Positions 49,402-60,714 of a DNA stretch of 64,000 nucleotides are shown piece after piece (within the stretch, counting starts at the first letter, position 1; every line of letters starts with the position of its first letter). The stretch lies in assembly GCA_034530615.2 (NCBI GenBank), contig JAVRCV020000025.1, positions 1 through 64,000 of the forward strand, in the 5' to 3' direction. Made by a program: the position numbers and the translations under genes. The DNA comes from Aulosira sp. ZfuVER01. Its GTDB lineage: Bacteria; Cyanobacteriota; Cyanobacteriia; Cyanobacteriales; Nostocaceae. Below the pieces are notes generated by a model that did not search any database, was not told where the DNA came from, and saw only the letters and a program-made list of their open reading frames with translations.

Positions 49402-50340
49402 ATGTCGAGATTACTCTTATTATCTATCTTCGTAATTATTATCAATTTATTATCAGGCTGTAAAAATAGTGAATCCAATGCAGCTCAAGAACCAGCCAAA
49501 ACAGCTTGCATTGGTAAAAATACGAATTTTACTATTGAGTTTTTCAAAACCAATAATCAAGGGAAAAAATATGACAAAGGCATTAATCATGTGGTTATTT
49601 TTAATCCGCAATCAGAACAATTAGATTTTAAGGTTAATGTGGGACTCGCGCATAAAATTTATGCCAAAGATAATCAAGGTAAATTACGTAAGGAATATGT
49701 ACCAAAACAATTTCGAGAAATGATTTCTGATGAAAATTCTAAATTAAACGGACAAATACCAATAGCAGCAATTAATGCCGACTATATAGGCACTGATAAC
49801 AAACCACAAGGCTTGAATATTTCTCGCGGTTTTGAGTATTCAGGAGCATTTAAAAATAAGCGTTCCTCCTTTGGTATATCTGGAGGTAAACCTAAAGAGA
49901 GGCAAGCTACTATCCAGGCTGGTAGAAGAAATAATGAAATTCTTAATTACAACTTAGTAGGCGGTAATGGTAGATTTTATCGTGATGGTCAGTTTAAAGA
50001 TATTTGTACAGATTTAGGAGAATTTGCCTGTAAGCAAGCAACTAATCGTTCTTTAGCAGCTATCACTGATCGGGGCTATGTAATTTTGTTAGTTAATGAT
50101 GCTAAAGCTAATTCAAATATTGAATTTTCTCAAAATAATCAAGAACTACTACCAGATAAATTTGATGATGTTCTAAAAGGAATTGCTCGTAATAATTGTT
50201 TAGGGAATATTCAAGAAGGAATTTTGTTTGATGGTGGGATGTCGCCAGGTTTATATTACAACAATAAAATATATGTAGAAAATCCTGGGCCAATTGGTTC
50301 AGTATTTTTGATATATAAAAAATCAAATAATCCAAGTTAA
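49402..50340 (+). CDS. Lipoprotein, phosphodiester glycosidase (NAGPA-like) family
   Basis: Lipobox LSGC; AAINADY, RSLAAI, LFDGGMS motifs. Confidence 0.7.
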   Translation: MSRLLLLSIFVIIINLLSGCKNSESNAAQEPAKTACIGKNTNFTIEFFKTNNQGKKYDKGINHVVIFNPQSEQLDFKVNVGLAHKIYAKDNQGKLRKEYVPKQFREMISDENSKLNGQIPIAAINADYIGTDNKPQGLNISRGFEYSGAFKNKRSSFGISGGKPKERQATIQAGRRNNEILNYNLVGGNGRFYRDGQFKDICTDLGEFACKQATNRSLAAITDRGYVILLVNDAKANSNIEFSQNNQELLPDKFDDVLKGIARNNCLGNIQEGILFDGGMSPGLYYNNKIYVENPGPIGSVFLIYKKSNNPS

Positions 50341-50430
50341 AAATATAATTGTTGGTGAATAATCGTTGAGGCGCGATCGCTCTTTACAGCACCAGCACTG
50401 TAAGCTAGAGGTTATAGCTAGACATAACCT

Positions 50431-51000
50431 ATGACACCTGAAGAAATTGCGGGTACGCTAACAGAATTATTTGGTACAGCAGATGTTGATGCGATCGCAC
50501 CTGGATCGTGGCAAGTAGAAAATTCGAGTTTTCGGCTGTTGGTGCTGCTTGACGACGATCGCACTTGGTTGCGGGTTTTACTCCCCATTGTGCCAATAGC
50601 AGCAGCCCAAGCATTTTTAGAACAGTTTCTAGAAGCCAACTTCGATCGGACTCAGGAAGTACGCTACGCTTTGTATGAAGGGTTAGTGTGGGGAGTATTT
50701 CAGCATAAAATTAGCACTTTGGTGAGTGCGGATTTGGCGAATGCGATCGCGCGGCTGATATCTTTACATGAAACTGGTTTAAGTGATGTCTTCAATCGAT
50801 TAATAGAAAACCGTATCCGGCAAATTATCCAAGCAGCGAAACGGCAAGGGCAATCTCTTCAGTCCACAATGCAAAATCTGGAACGATTTTATACAGAAGG
50901 ACTGCTGGGAGAAATCGAGCAAACTCAAGAGGCGCGTGAACAAGTACTAGCTGTATGGCGGTATCAACTAGAACGCTTGTGGAATGAGATAGAAGGATAA
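50431..51000 (+). CDS. Hypothetical protein (YbjN/CesT chaperone-like fold suspected)
   Basis: LLVLL....WLRVL.PI, LEANFD.T..VRYAL..G..W.VF pattern. Confidence 0.65.
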   Translation: MTPEEIAGTLTELFGTADVDAIAPGSWQVENSSFRLLVLLDDDRTWLRVLLPIVPIAAAQAFLEQFLEANFDRTQEVRYALYEGLVWGVFQHKISTLVSADLANAIARLISLHETGLSDVFNRLIENRIRQIIQAAKRQGQSLQSTMQNLERFYTEGLLGEIEQTQEAREQVLAVWRYQLERLWNEIEG

Positions 51001-51022
51001 AAAATTTAAAATACTTTAATGA

Positions 51023-51436
51023 ATGATGGCAAATATTTTGGGTGCTATGGAGATAATTCAAATTCTTAAAGAAGACTATCAAAGATTTCCTCTGAATCAA
51101 ACTTATAGCATTTATGCTCCAGACGTTTATTTTCAAGATGCTGTTTTCAAATTTCGTGGTGTTGAACTCTACAAATTGATGATTAATTTCATCAAGACTT
51201 TCTTTTTAAATCCGCAAATGGATTTGCATAGTATTCAATCTTTGGGAGACACAATTAAAACCGAGTGGACACTAAGCTGGAACAGTCCCCTACCTTGGAA
51301 ACCTCGCATTTCGATTCCTGGTTGGAGTGAATTACGTCTCAACTCTGAAGGTTTAATTATTTCTCACATTGATTACTGGCACTGTTCGCGGTTGGATGTG
51401 CTGAAACAGCATTCATTTTCTTCAAAAAATCGTTAA
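51023..51436 (+). CDS. DUF2358 (SnoaL/NTF2-like) protein
   Basis: YSIYAPDVYFQD, W.L.W..PLPWKPR, SHIDYW. Confidence 0.85.
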   Translation: MMANILGAMEIIQILKEDYQRFPLNQTYSIYAPDVYFQDAVFKFRGVELYKLMINFIKTFFLNPQMDLHSIQSLGDTIKTEWTLSWNSPLPWKPRISIPGWSELRLNSEGLIISHIDYWHCSRLDVLKQHSFSSKNR

Positions 51437-51668
51437 TTAAAATAATGATGGTATGAAAAAATCTTTTCCCTCTTTGTCTCAGCCTTGAAAGAGTCATTTT
51501 TCGTTTCCCCGCGTCCCCCGTCCCTGTGTTTATTGTCAAGTTAGTCATCCAATCCAGGTTTTGGTTCGCCCCCAGATGTGCTGCAACTGCATTTATTCCC
51601 TTTAAACAGTCGATAATAGAGATAGCGTAAATAAATGTAAACAACTCTCAGGCAGGGCAGAATTATCC

Positions 51669-52841
51669 ATGCGTGTAATTTTGATGACAGGGAAAGGCGG
51701 CGTAGGAAAAACTTCTGTAGCCGCTGCTACTGGACTTCGTTGTGCAGAACTAGGTTATCGCACACTTGTGTTGAGTACAGACCCCGCCCACTCTTTGGCG
51801 GACAGTTTTGACCTGGAACTAGGACACGCACCTCGGGAGATTCGCCCAAATTTATGGGGTGCGGAACTAGATGCACTGCAAGAACTAGAAGGAAACTGGG
51901 GTGCTGTGAAGCGCTACATTACCCAAGTTCTCCAAGCTAGGGGTTTAGAAGGAGTACAGGCCGAAGAATTAGCCATCCTACCAGGTATGGATGAAATTTT
52001 TGGCTTGGTAAGAATGAAACGCCATTATGATGAAGGCGAGTTTGAGGTATTGATTATCGATTCAGCGCCTACAGGTACAGCATTGCGATTGCTGAGTTTA
52101 CCTGAAGTTGGTGGCTGGTATATGCGCCGTTTTTACAAACCATTTCAAAATATTTCCGTGGCACTTCGGCCTCTGGTTGAACCGCTTTTTCGACCAATCG
52201 CTGGGTTTTCGCTACCAGACAAAGAGGTGATGGATGCGCCTTATGAGTTTTACGAACAAATAGAAGCTTTGGAAAAAGTATTGACAGACAATACTCAAAC
52301 TTCAGTTCGCCTGGTCACTAATCCAGAAAAGATGGTGATTAAAGAATCTCTGCGCGCTCATGCGTATTTGAGTTTATATAATGTTGCCACAGATTTAGTG
52401 GTAGCTAACCGCATCATTCCTGCCGAAGTCCAAGATCCATTTTTCCAACGTTGGAAACAAAATCAACAGCAATATCGTCAGGAAATTCATGATGATTTTC
52501 ATCCTTTACCTGTGAAAGAAGTTCCTCTTTTTTCGGAAGAAATGTGTGGTTTAGCAGCATTAGAAAGACTGAAGGAAACCCTCTACAAAGATGAAGATCC
52601 CACGCAAGTTTATTACAAAGAAACAACTATCCGGGTTGTGCAAGATAATAACCAATACAGCCTAGAACTTTATTTACCTGGTATTCCTAAAAATCAAGTT
52701 CACTTGAGTAAAACAGGTGATGAGTTAAATGTTACTATTGGCAATCACCGTCGTAATTTAGTATTGCCTCAAGCTCTGGCAGCACTCCAACCCGCAGGTG
52801 CAAAAATGGATGAAGATTATCTTAAAATCCGGTTCGCTTAA
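51669..52841 (+). CDS. ArsA/GET3/TRC40 family ATPase with C-terminal HSP20-like domain
   Basis: [24 protein letters not shown]-terminal beta domain (GDELNV.IGNHRR..LP). Confidence 0.92.
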   Translation: MRVILMTGKGGVGKTSVAAATGLRCAELGYRTLVLSTDPAHSLADSFDLELGHAPREIRPNLWGAELDALQELEGNWGAVKRYITQVLQARGLEGVQAEELAILPGMDEIFGLVRMKRHYDEGEFEVLIIDSAPTGTALRLLSLPEVGGWYMRRFYKPFQNISVALRPLVEPLFRPIAGFSLPDKEVMDAPYEFYEQIEALEKVLTDNTQTSVRLVTNPEKMVIKESLRAHAYLSLYNVATDLVVANRIIPAEVQDPFFQRWKQNQQQYRQEIHDDFHPLPVKEVPLFSEEMCGLAALERLKETLYKDEDPTQVYYKETTIRVVQDNNQYSLELYLPGIPKNQVHLSKTGDELNVTIGNHRRNLVLPQALAALQPAGAKMDEDYLKIRFA

Positions 52842-52894
52842 GATGTGAAACTTTAATTTTGCTTACACATCTAGCATCATTAAGCTTTGCCATT

Positions 52895-52925
52895 AGTACA
52901 GACACAATGCTGTCTGTACTTTTTT
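52895..52925 (+). terminator. Intrinsic terminator
   Basis: AGTACAGACA-CAATGC-TGTCTGTACT followed by TTTTT. Confidence 0.8.
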
Positions 52926-53373
52926 ATTTTGATCCCCAATTTGAATTGCTATTACTGTTGTAGATTATGCAAACCGATTTGGGGGAAATATTTTTAGTTC
53001 TATAAAAACTCCACTATAGACTCAGTAGGCATATTGAAATATAGGATACCAGCCCAATTAAGACACTTAGATAAAAAATTCTCCTGGTACTTTTTATTTA
53101 AACTATTAAAACTGACCAGCTTAAAAAGCTGTTAATAGGCTTACATAATAATGTCAATACTTCTCAAGTAATAGATTCAGGAATGCTGTTAACAAAATTA
53201 GTAATTATTCTGTAAAAAATCATGATTTTTGGTTGAAAAATAAATAAAGTTCCTCAATAGTTGGTATCCCGTGGTTTTACTGAAGACAGACGTAAAAAAT
53301 CAATCTCATAATATTTTTATGTATAGAATTTTTTTATTTTTTTCTGAATATAAAATTTATTGAACTACAAGCA

Positions 53374-56300
53374 ATGAACCCGATCGCAAAAGCAGACTTG
53401 CGGTTAAACCTTGAACAAGAAGGATTGTTACGCCGCATTACAAACAGTATCCGCCAAACGTTGGATCTGGAAGATATTATCAAAACGACAACAACAGAAG
53501 TGCGATCGCTACTGGGAACTGACCGAGTAATGATTTACAAGTTTCATAACGATCGTAGTGGTCAGGTCATTGCTGAATCAATTGATAACCATAGACTACC
53601 ATCCCTTTTAGGGCTAAACTTTCCTGCTGATGACATTCCGCCTCTAGCTAGAGAACTATTTATCAAGTCACAGGTGCGTTCCCTAGTTGATGTAGAAACA
53701 CAGCAGATTGGTCACAGCCCTCTGCGCGATCTGCAAACAGGAGAACTTGTATCAGAGGAAATTCATTATCGGACTGTAGATCCCTGCCATTTAAAATACC
53801 TAACGGCAATGGGAGTCAAGTCTTCTTTGGTAGCGCCCATCTTACACCACGATGAACTTTGGGGTCTTTTAGTATCCCATCACTCTGAAACTCATTTGGT
53901 TTCCGAGTATGAAATAAAAGCAGTGCAGATGGTAGTAGATCAATTATCAGTAGCGATCGCTCAAAGTAACCTACTCACCCAAGCCCAGAAAAAAGCTGAA
54001 CGGGAAGCTACCATTAACCGCATTGCGACTCTACTCCATGCATTACCCACAATCGTACTACAGCCAGCTTTAGAAGCAACTGTCGCCGCCTTTGGTGGTT
54101 CTGGCGGTAGGCTTTGTATTAGGCATAATGCTTTTAACATTCAAAATAGTAAATTTACACCTCTAGCAGAATGTTTAATTCCTGGAAGCGATCGCATTCG
54201 GCTTTATATTTGCGGACAGCAACCTGTGGTGGCAGAACAAACTATCTATCCTCTTATAGAGCAGTCTAGTGTCTGGCAAGAACATTATCAATCTGGAGAA
54301 TATGATGTTTGGGCAATTTCAGATATCTATCAAACTCCTAATATACGAACTGTGCAAGTTGCTTTTCAAGGAACTAAGATTCGCAGCATTTTGATGATCC
54401 CACTCGAATATCGCCAGGAGTTAGTAGGTTATTTAAGTATTTTTCGTAATGAAATTGACACAGAAACTTTGTGGGCTGGTCGATTCGATCCCGACCAAAG
54501 GCAACTATATCCTCGTCAATCGTTTGAGCTATGGCGCGAAACTAAAACAGCACAAGTTCAAAAATGGACAAACGAAGAAGTAGAAATGGCCAGAGATATT
54601 AGTAAACACTTTGCCTCAGCAATTCAGCAATATGAGCTTTACCAACAGGTACAAGCCTTTAATAGTAATTTAGAAAAACAAATCAAAAAGCGTACCGTTG
54701 AAATGCAACGGACAGCCGAACAACAACAGGCTGTGTTTGGAGTAATTGCCAAGATTCGTGACTCTCTTGATATTAAAACTATTTTTCAAATCACGACTAA
54801 AGAAGTTTGTCAGTTAATCAAAACCGATCGCGTTTCTATTTATCGCTTTGATGCTGAGTGGGGTGGAGAATTTGTTGGTGATTTTGAGGTTGCTAGTCCC
54901 CACTGGTCAAATGAGTCGAAGTTGGGAGTGAATACAGTCTGGAATGACACTTACTTACAAGACACTCAGGGAGGACGCTACCGCCACAACGAAACATTTG
55001 CGGTAGATGACATCTACAAGATGGGCTTTACTCAGTGTCATATCGACAATCTAGAGGAGTATCAAATTTACGCTTTTGTACTTGCTCCCATCTTTGTTGG
55101 ACAAAAACTTTGGGGTTTGCTGTGTACTTATCAACATTCTGCTACTCGTCAATGGCAAGACTCGGAAGTTAATTTTATGAGTCAGATTGCAGCTCAACTT
55201 GGGGTAGCACTCCAGCAAGCTGAATTATTGAGGCAAACACAGCAGCAAACATTAGATTTACAACAAGCAGCAAAGCAACAACGGGTATTGTTTGAAGTTG
55301 TCTCAAAAATTCGCGAATCTCTCGACTTAGATGCGATTTTTCAGACAACTACTCAGGAAATTTGTAAAGCGCTACAAGCGGATCGTGTGGCTGTTTACCA
55401 ATTTCACCCAGATTGGAGTGGTGAGTTTATTGCTGAGTTTGTCAATGAGGGTTGGATCGAGCTGGTAAGTCCGGGAACCAAGACAATTTGGCAAGATAGT
55501 TATTTGCAGGAAACCGAAGGTGGGCGATATCGCAATAATGAAACCTTTGCAGTAGATAATATCTATCAGGCTGGTTACTCTAACTGTCATATAACGTTGT
55601 TGGAGAAATGTCAGATTAAAGCCTATGCGATCGCCCCAATTTTTATCGGACAAAAACTCTGGGGTTTGCTAGCAGCTTATCAAAACTCTGCACCCCGTCA
55701 TTGGGAAAACTCAGAAATTCAGTTTTTAGCTCAGATTGCCAATCAACTTGGGGTAGCACTCCAGCAAGTTAACTTACTTATACAAACTCAGCAGCAAACA
55801 GAACAGCTAACTCAAGCTATACAAGATTTACAAGAAACCCAAACCCAACTAATTCAGACTGAGAAAATGTCCTCATTAGGTCAACTTGTAGCGGGTGTTG
55901 CCCATGAAATTAATAATCCAGTTAACTTTATCTACGGCAACCTGGCTCATGTGAGTGAATATGCAGATGATTTACTCAGTATGCTGGAACTTTATCAGCA
56001 GGAAGTGCCAAATACTAGTTCTGAGATTGGGAAGCGAGCAGAAGAAATTGACTTAGAATTTATCATCGGAGATTTACCCAAAACTCTCAATTCAATGAAG
56101 GTAGGAATCGATCGCATCCGTCAAATTGTCTTGGGGTTGAGGAATTTCTCTCGTCTTGATGAGGCGGAAATGAAAGCAGTGGATATTCATGAAGGCATTG
56201 ATAATACCCTACTGATTCTGCAACATCGCTTAAAAGCAAAGCCAGACAGCCCAAGTATTGATATAGTCAAGAATTACAATGAGCTACCTTTGGTAGAATG

Positions 56301-56685
56301 CTACGCTGGACAGTTAAATCAAGTATTTATGAATGTCTTGAGTAATGCGATCGATGCTCTAGAAGATTACAAAGAATCTACATCTGAAGCTCATAAAAGT
56401 CAAATTACTATCTCCACTTCTATGGGAGAAATGAAAGGCAATGTGAAAAGTGTAGTGATTCGCATTGTAGATAATGGCCCCGGTATACCAGAAGCTTTAA
56501 GGACACGAATATGTGACCCCTTTTTCACCACTAAGCCAGTAGGAAAAGGTACTGGCTTAGGGTTGTCAATTAGTTATAAAATTGTGGTAGATAAACATGG
56601 TGGGATATTTAAATGTGATTCTGAGCCTGGTTTAGGTACAGAATTTTGGATTGAAATTCCCATTCATCAAAATAGTTATAATTAA
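53374..56685 (+). CDS. aphC: AphC-like bilin photoreceptor histidine kinase (knotless phytochrome GAF-GAF/PHY, two cyanobacteriochrome GAFs, HK)
   Basis: FPADDIP and DPCH in GAF1; PRQSF tongue motif; two W.D.YLQ.T.GGRY ... CH GAFs; AHEINNP H-box. Confidence 0.75.
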   Translation: MNPIAKADLRLNLEQEGLLRRITNSIRQTLDLEDIIKTTTTEVRSLLGTDRVMIYKFHNDRSGQVIAESIDNHRLPSLLGLNFPADDIPPLARELFIKSQVRSLVDVETQQIGHSPLRDLQTGELVSEEIHYRTVDPCHLKYLTAMGVKSSLVAPILHHDELWGLLVSHHSETHLVSEYEIKAVQMVVDQLSVAIAQSNLLTQAQKKAEREATINRIATLLHALPTIVLQPALEATVAAFGGSGGRLCIRHNAFNIQNSKFTPLAECLIPGSDRIRLYICGQQPVVAEQTIYPLIEQSSVWQEHYQSGEYDVWAISDIYQTPNIRTVQVAFQGTKIRSILMIPLEYRQELVGYLSIFRNEIDTETLWAGRFDPDQRQLYPRQSFELWRETKTAQVQKWTNEEVEMARDISKHFASAIQQYELYQQVQAFNSNLEKQIKKRTVEMQRTAEQQQAVFGVIAKIRDSLDIKTIFQITTKEVCQLIKTDRVSIYRFDAEWGGEFVGDFEVASPHWSNESKLGVNTVWNDTYLQDTQGGRYRHNETFAVDDIYKMGFTQCHIDNLEEYQIYAFVLAPIFVGQKLWGLLCTYQHSATRQWQDSEVNFMSQIAAQLGVALQQAELLRQTQQQTLDLQQAAKQQRVLFEVVSKIRESLDLDAIFQTTTQEICKALQADRVAVYQFHPDWSGEFIAEFVNEGWIELVSPGTKTIWQDSYLQETEGGRYRNNETFAVDNIYQAGYSNCHITLLEKCQIKAYAIAPIFIGQKLWGLLAAYQNSAPRHWENSEIQFLAQIANQLGVALQQVNLLIQTQQQTEQLTQAIQDLQETQTQLIQTEKMSSLGQLVAGVAHEINNPVNFIYGNLAHVSEYADDLLSMLELYQQEVPNTSSEIGKRAEEIDLEFIIGDLPKTLNSMKVGIDRIRQIVLGLRNFSRLDEAEMKAVDIHEGIDNTLLILQHRLKAKPDSPSIDIVKNYNELPLVECYAGQLNQVFMNVLSNAIDALEDYKESTSEAHKSQITISTSMGEMKGNVKSVVIRIVDNGPGIPEALRTRICDPFFTTKPVGKGTGLGLSISYKIVVDKHGGIFKCDSEPGLGTEFWIEIPIHQNSYN

Positions 56686-56691
56686 TTTTGT

Positions 56692-57849
56692 TTAATTTCT
56701 CAGCTGCACAGGCATAGCTAAATAAGTCATCTTCAAACCACCCAGTGGTGTAAAAATTACTGGAGTTAGGCTTTGATTGAGATGCATTTGAATTTCCGAA
56801 GACGGTAATTCTTTCAAGCCTTCCATGAGATATTTGATATTAAAAGCAATATCTATATCTTCCCCTGATATCTGTGCTGGCATTGATTCTCTACCGCTAC
56901 CTACATCTTGAGCTTCACAAGATAGAGTAATTTCTTGGTTAGCGCTATCAATACTGAGCTTCACAATATTATTCTTTTGATCCGCTAACACCGCAATCCG
57001 TTCCAAAGTGCTTAAAAATTGTTTGCGATCGATAGTAACTTGGCGCTCAAATTGACGCGGTATGAGTTGCCGATAAGCTGGATATTGTCCTTCTAAAGTG
57101 CGACTGGTTAAGCGTTGGTTTTTCCAGGCAAACACAACTTGACCTTGATCTAAATATAAGGCTACAGGTTCGTCATCAGCAGAACTATGTGCTAACATCC
57201 GCTGTAATTCGCGTAGCGCTCTAGCCGGTACTGTCACTTCTAGTTGGCTACTATCTTCCAGAGGACGCTCGTTAGTCGTTTCTACTACTGCTAAACGATG
57301 CCCATCAGTAGCGGCAAATTCTAAGCTATCTTGTTTAACTGTTAAATGAACTCCGGTGAGTACCTGCTTAGTTTCGTCTCCACTAGTAGCAAACAGTGAA
57401 CCCCGTAATCCCTCAATTAAGGCAGCAGCAGTTAAATGAAGTACTTGCGAATTTTCAATTACGGGTAATTCGGGGAACTCTTCCGCCCCCATTGCGCGGA
57501 CTTGATAATGTCCGCTTTTTGGTGTCAGGGTAACAATTAACCCTTCGCCTGTAGATGTTTCGGTTGCTGATTCATCATCTAGAGTAATTTCTCCCTCTGG
57601 TAGACGAGAGGTGATGTCTAGAAGTAATTTAGCAGGAAGAGCGATCGCTCCTCCTTGCCAAACCTCAGCATTAAAGCTAGTGCGGATACCCAAGCTGAGG
57701 TCGAAGGCGGTTAAGCTTACTTGGTTAGTTTGTGCATCTGCTTGTAGCAGCACATTGGCAAGTACGGGATGTGTCGGTCGTGAAGGTACAGCACGGCTGA
57801 CAAGGGAAAGGTTTGTACTGAGATCGCTTTGGGCGCAAACTAATTTCAT
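56692..57849 (-). CDS. dnaN: DNA polymerase III beta clamp
   Basis: RPTHPVLANVL, ATDGHRL, GQYPAYRQLIP, AFN.KYL, YLAMPVQ. Confidence 0.97.
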   Translation of the reverse strand: MKLVCAQSDLSTNLSLVSRAVPSRPTHPVLANVLLQADAQTNQVSLTAFDLSLGIRTSFNAEVWQGGAIALPAKLLLDITSRLPEGEITLDDESATETSTGEGLIVTLTPKSGHYQVRAMGAEEFPELPVIENSQVLHLTAAALIEGLRGSLFATSGDETKQVLTGVHLTVKQDSLEFAATDGHRLAVVETTNERPLEDSSQLEVTVPARALRELQRMLAHSSADDEPVALYLDQGQVVFAWKNQRLTSRTLEGQYPAYRQLIPRQFERQVTIDRKQFLSTLERIAVLADQKNNIVKLSIDSANQEITLSCEAQDVGSGRESMPAQISGEDIDIAFNIKYLMEGLKELPSSEIQMHLNQSLTPVIFTPLGGLKMTYLAMPVQLRN

Positions 57850-57927
57850 GTTCGGATTCAGCTTGTGAGTGTCTATCCTACCACTCTAGAAATGGGAATT
57901 CCAGAATCTTTCTTCTCTGCTCCTCTG

Positions 57928-58051
57928 TGACAAGTGTAGGTTTTTACAACAACGCGGGAAATGGGGCAAGGAGGACAAGGAAGAAAAAGCTTATTCCTGC
58001 GTTCATCAAACAGTCCTAACTCACCCTTTTGTGAAAAACCTACAGATGTGA
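57928..58051. mobile_element. MITE / IS remnant related to 11498-11672
   Basis: TGACAAGTGTAGGTTTTTACA ... TGTGAAAAACCTACAGATGTGA. Confidence 0.55.
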
Positions 58052-58073
58052 GCCTACACCCCTGGCTCTTCGG

Positions 58074-59663
58074 TCAGATGTTCTTGACAAGGGTTGGTTC
58101 AAGCTTAGGTAGCACAGGGACTTCTAGTGGGTCATAGCCTAGCTGTTGAGTAATGCGTTCCCTGGCTAAAACTCGGTACTCCCAAAAATGCTCGCCCGCC
58201 GCGCATAGCGACAAATACATATTCAGAACTTGGGGCTTTCTCCGCAGCAGCGTCCATAGCTGTCGCCAAAATTGCCCGCGAATTTCAGTCCGTCGAAAGC
58301 CCTGATGCCAGATTAACTGAGCAACAAACCGCAACTCCCTACCCAACGGCAGTTGCATTGTTTGTGTTCCTCTTGCCGACGGAATAATGTTGAGGCACTG
58401 CTGAAAACATCGCCTCAGGTAGTTTGCGGGTTCGTACAATGTCCAGAAGCCTTCTACATACTCTCTAGCAACTTCAGCAATGGGGCGGGTAGGAACGAAA
58501 TTCATTAGGCTATTCTGGTCTCCGGTAGCCGTGACGCCAACACCCTCAATTAAACGCTGCTCTTCTTGGAGTCGGTTCCAAAGGGCAGTATTGGGCAACG
58601 CTTGGAGAATGCCCAACATCGGTTGAGGAATATTAGTTTGTTTAACAAAGTCTTGAATTCGTTCACCTGCACCGGAGCGTTCTCCGTCAAAACCAAGGAT
58701 AAACCCTGCATAAATTAGCAATCCTGCTTCGTTGATTTTGTGACAGGCTTCTACTAGCGGGTTGCGCGTATTTTGCATTTTGCGCGTCACTAAGAGGCTA
58801 TCTTGGTCAGGAGTTTCAATCCCAAGAAAGACAGCATAGAATCCCGCTTCTACCATCAGCTCTACCAATTCATCATCTTCTGCTAAATTCACAGAGGCTT
58901 CGGTCATGAAGGTAAAGGGATAGTTGTGCTGCTGCATCCAAGGAATCAATTCTCGTAAGAAGCGTTTGACATTACGCTGATTGCCAATAAAGTTGTCATC
59001 GACAATGAAGAGTGACCCCCGCCAGCCTAAATCATAGAGAAATTGCAATTCTGCTAAGGTCTGAGAAGGTTCTTTAGTGCGCGGTTTACGACCGTAGAGG
59101 GAGATGATGTCACAAAATTCGCAATTGAAGGGACAACCACGAGAAAACTGAATCGCCATCATAAAGTAGGCATCTCTTTCCAGCAGGTCAAAGCGGGGCA
59201 TGGGGCTTTGTGTAACATCCGGCTTTTCAGCGGAACGGAAGATTCCTTGGGCTTGTCCTTGCGCGATCGCTTCTAGAAACAGAGGAACTGTCATCTCTCC
59301 TTCATCTAGGATGAGATAATCTGCTCCAGAAGCTTGGGCATCTTGGGGAACTGATGTCGGATAGGGCCCGCCCACTGCTACTTTTTTGCCTAACCGCACG
59401 GCTTTTTGTATTAGGGTGTGGAAATCCGGTCTCTGCACCAGCATCGCAGAGATAATAACTAACTCACACCACTCCCAATCTGCCTCTGTCTCCAGACTGA
59501 CATTACGGTCATAAAATCTCACTTCCCAATCTTTGGGTAAGAGTGCTGCAACAGTAATAATTCCTAAGGGTGGAATGGCTGCTTTCAGTCCTGCCATTTC
59601 CATCGCGCGATCATAAGACCAAAAGGATTGAGGAAACTGGGGGTAGAGCAAGAGTGTTTTCAT
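58074..59663 (-). CDS. B12-binding radical SAM protein (DUF4070 C-terminus)
   Basis: PPLG...VAA, GGPY, SRGCPFNCEFC, VDDNFIGN, GFILGFD. Confidence 0.9.
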   Translation of the reverse strand: MKTLLLYPQFPQSFWSYDRAMEMAGLKAAIPPLGIITVAALLPKDWEVRFYDRNVSLETEADWEWCELVIISAMLVQRPDFHTLIQKAVRLGKKVAVGGPYPTSVPQDAQASGADYLILDEGEMTVPLFLEAIAQGQAQGIFRSAEKPDVTQSPMPRFDLLERDAYFMMAIQFSRGCPFNCEFCDIISLYGRKPRTKEPSQTLAELQFLYDLGWRGSLFIVDDNFIGNQRNVKRFLRELIPWMQQHNYPFTFMTEASVNLAEDDELVELMVEAGFYAVFLGIETPDQDSLLVTRKMQNTRNPLVEACHKINEAGLLIYAGFILGFDGERSGAGERIQDFVKQTNIPQPMLGILQALPNTALWNRLQEEQRLIEGVGVTATGDQNSLMNFVPTRPIAEVAREYVEGFWTLYEPANYLRRCFQQCLNIIPSARGTQTMQLPLGRELRFVAQLIWHQGFRRTEIRGQFWRQLWTLLRRKPQVLNMYLSLCAAGEHFWEYRVLARERITQQLGYDPLEVPVLPKLEPTLVKNI

Positions 59664-59754
59664 GCGATCCTTCTTTATTAAGATCCTTTATGCAGCTGTG
59701 GTAATTTTGACACAAGCGGATGCAGAAAGAATCTGGCAAAAGTCAGATTTGGCT

Positions 59755-60015
59755 CTATCTTAATTCAACATCTTGCTCAAAAATCACGAGCAAATCATCT
59801 ACAGTTTTTTTATACTGAAAACCATAATCTAATAAAGCTTGCTTTAAAGTTTTCAACTGAGATTCTTCAAGTTGATGTTTGAGTGCTATCTCAATAGCTT
59901 CCTTATTTACTGTAAAACTAAAAAAGTCTTTGAACTGGTTATAATCCCAGTTGAGTTTTCTAGCTGCATTTAACTCGATGGCAGCTAATGTATCATCAAA
60001 TTTGCTTGTAACCAT
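59755..60015 (-). CDS. Hypothetical protein
   Basis: 86-aa ORF with GGGGAGAG RBS-like sequence upstream. Confidence 0.6.
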   Translation of the reverse strand: MVTSKFDDTLAAIELNAARKLNWDYNQFKDFFSFTVNKEAIEIALKHQLEESQLKTLKQALLDYGFQYKKTVDDLLVIFEQDVELR

Positions 60016-60304
60016 GAGTTTGTCTCTCCCCTGAGATTAACTACATTTTAACAATTACAAGAAAGAAAAAACTCAAGGTCAATATTAATAAAGAGCTAAG
60101 AAGGATTGCAAAACATTTTTTAATTTTAAAAAATCAATCTTTTGATAAATGTATCTAAGGGAATTATAGAGTAACAATTTATAGTTAATTTTTCTAAACG
60201 CCCATAGGCAATAAGCTTTATCATTATCAAATCTCCTGCTTCGTTGTCGTCCCGCCTTGGAATTAATTCCAAGGCTAATAGCTCAAGTCTACTGAAGTAG
60301 ACTA

Positions 60305-60406
60305 ATACCAATTTGAAAAAAGAATGCGACAGATACACAGCCCCAAACCATTGTCCTGTCTGGATTCTTAATTTTGAATTTTGAATTTTGAATTTTGAAT
60401 TGGTAT
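60305..60406. mobile_element. 102-bp MITE (copy 2)
   Basis: Differs from 20238-20339 at apparently one position. Confidence 0.85.
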
Positions 60407-60420
60407 GATCTGTATATTTC

Positions 60421-60470
60421 AGTCCACTTAAGTGGACTAAAACTATTAGCCCAGAACTTCAGTTTTGGGC
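60421..60470. repeat. Double-hairpin dispersed repeat
   Basis: AGTCCACTTAAGTGGACT palindrome plus GCCCAGAACT-TC-AGTTTTGGGC. Confidence 0.55.
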
Positions 60471-60610
60471 GGGATGACGGTTAGCACGGTACTTTGACTC
60501 TCACAAAAATGTGAGTCATGACAAGGCCTATAAACCTGAACAGCAGTTGCTAGCAGTCTGGAAACCGCCAGGGGTATTAATAATGGAAAAATTGGGATAC
60601 TTCCTTAGAC

Positions 60611-60642
60611 AAAATCCCTACCCACAAAAGGATAGGGATTTT
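60611..60642 (-). terminator. Terminator downstream of infC (possibly bidirectional)
   Basis: AAAATCCCTA...TAGGGATTTT. Confidence 0.6.
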
Positions 60643-60714
60643 TAACTGATTTTGATTTTTGAATCGGTGTTCTAGCTGTTATAAGTAGCTAGAAGCTATG
60701 CTTGAAAACTTTAT

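Noticed and set aside
51669..52841. Arsenite-resistance ArsA pump
   Set aside because: Single ATPase domain with an HSP20-like tail and no ars genes nearby; fits the Get3-like cyanobacterial family.
60126..60338. 70-aa ORF
   Set aside because: Starts inside the MITE; no supporting signals.
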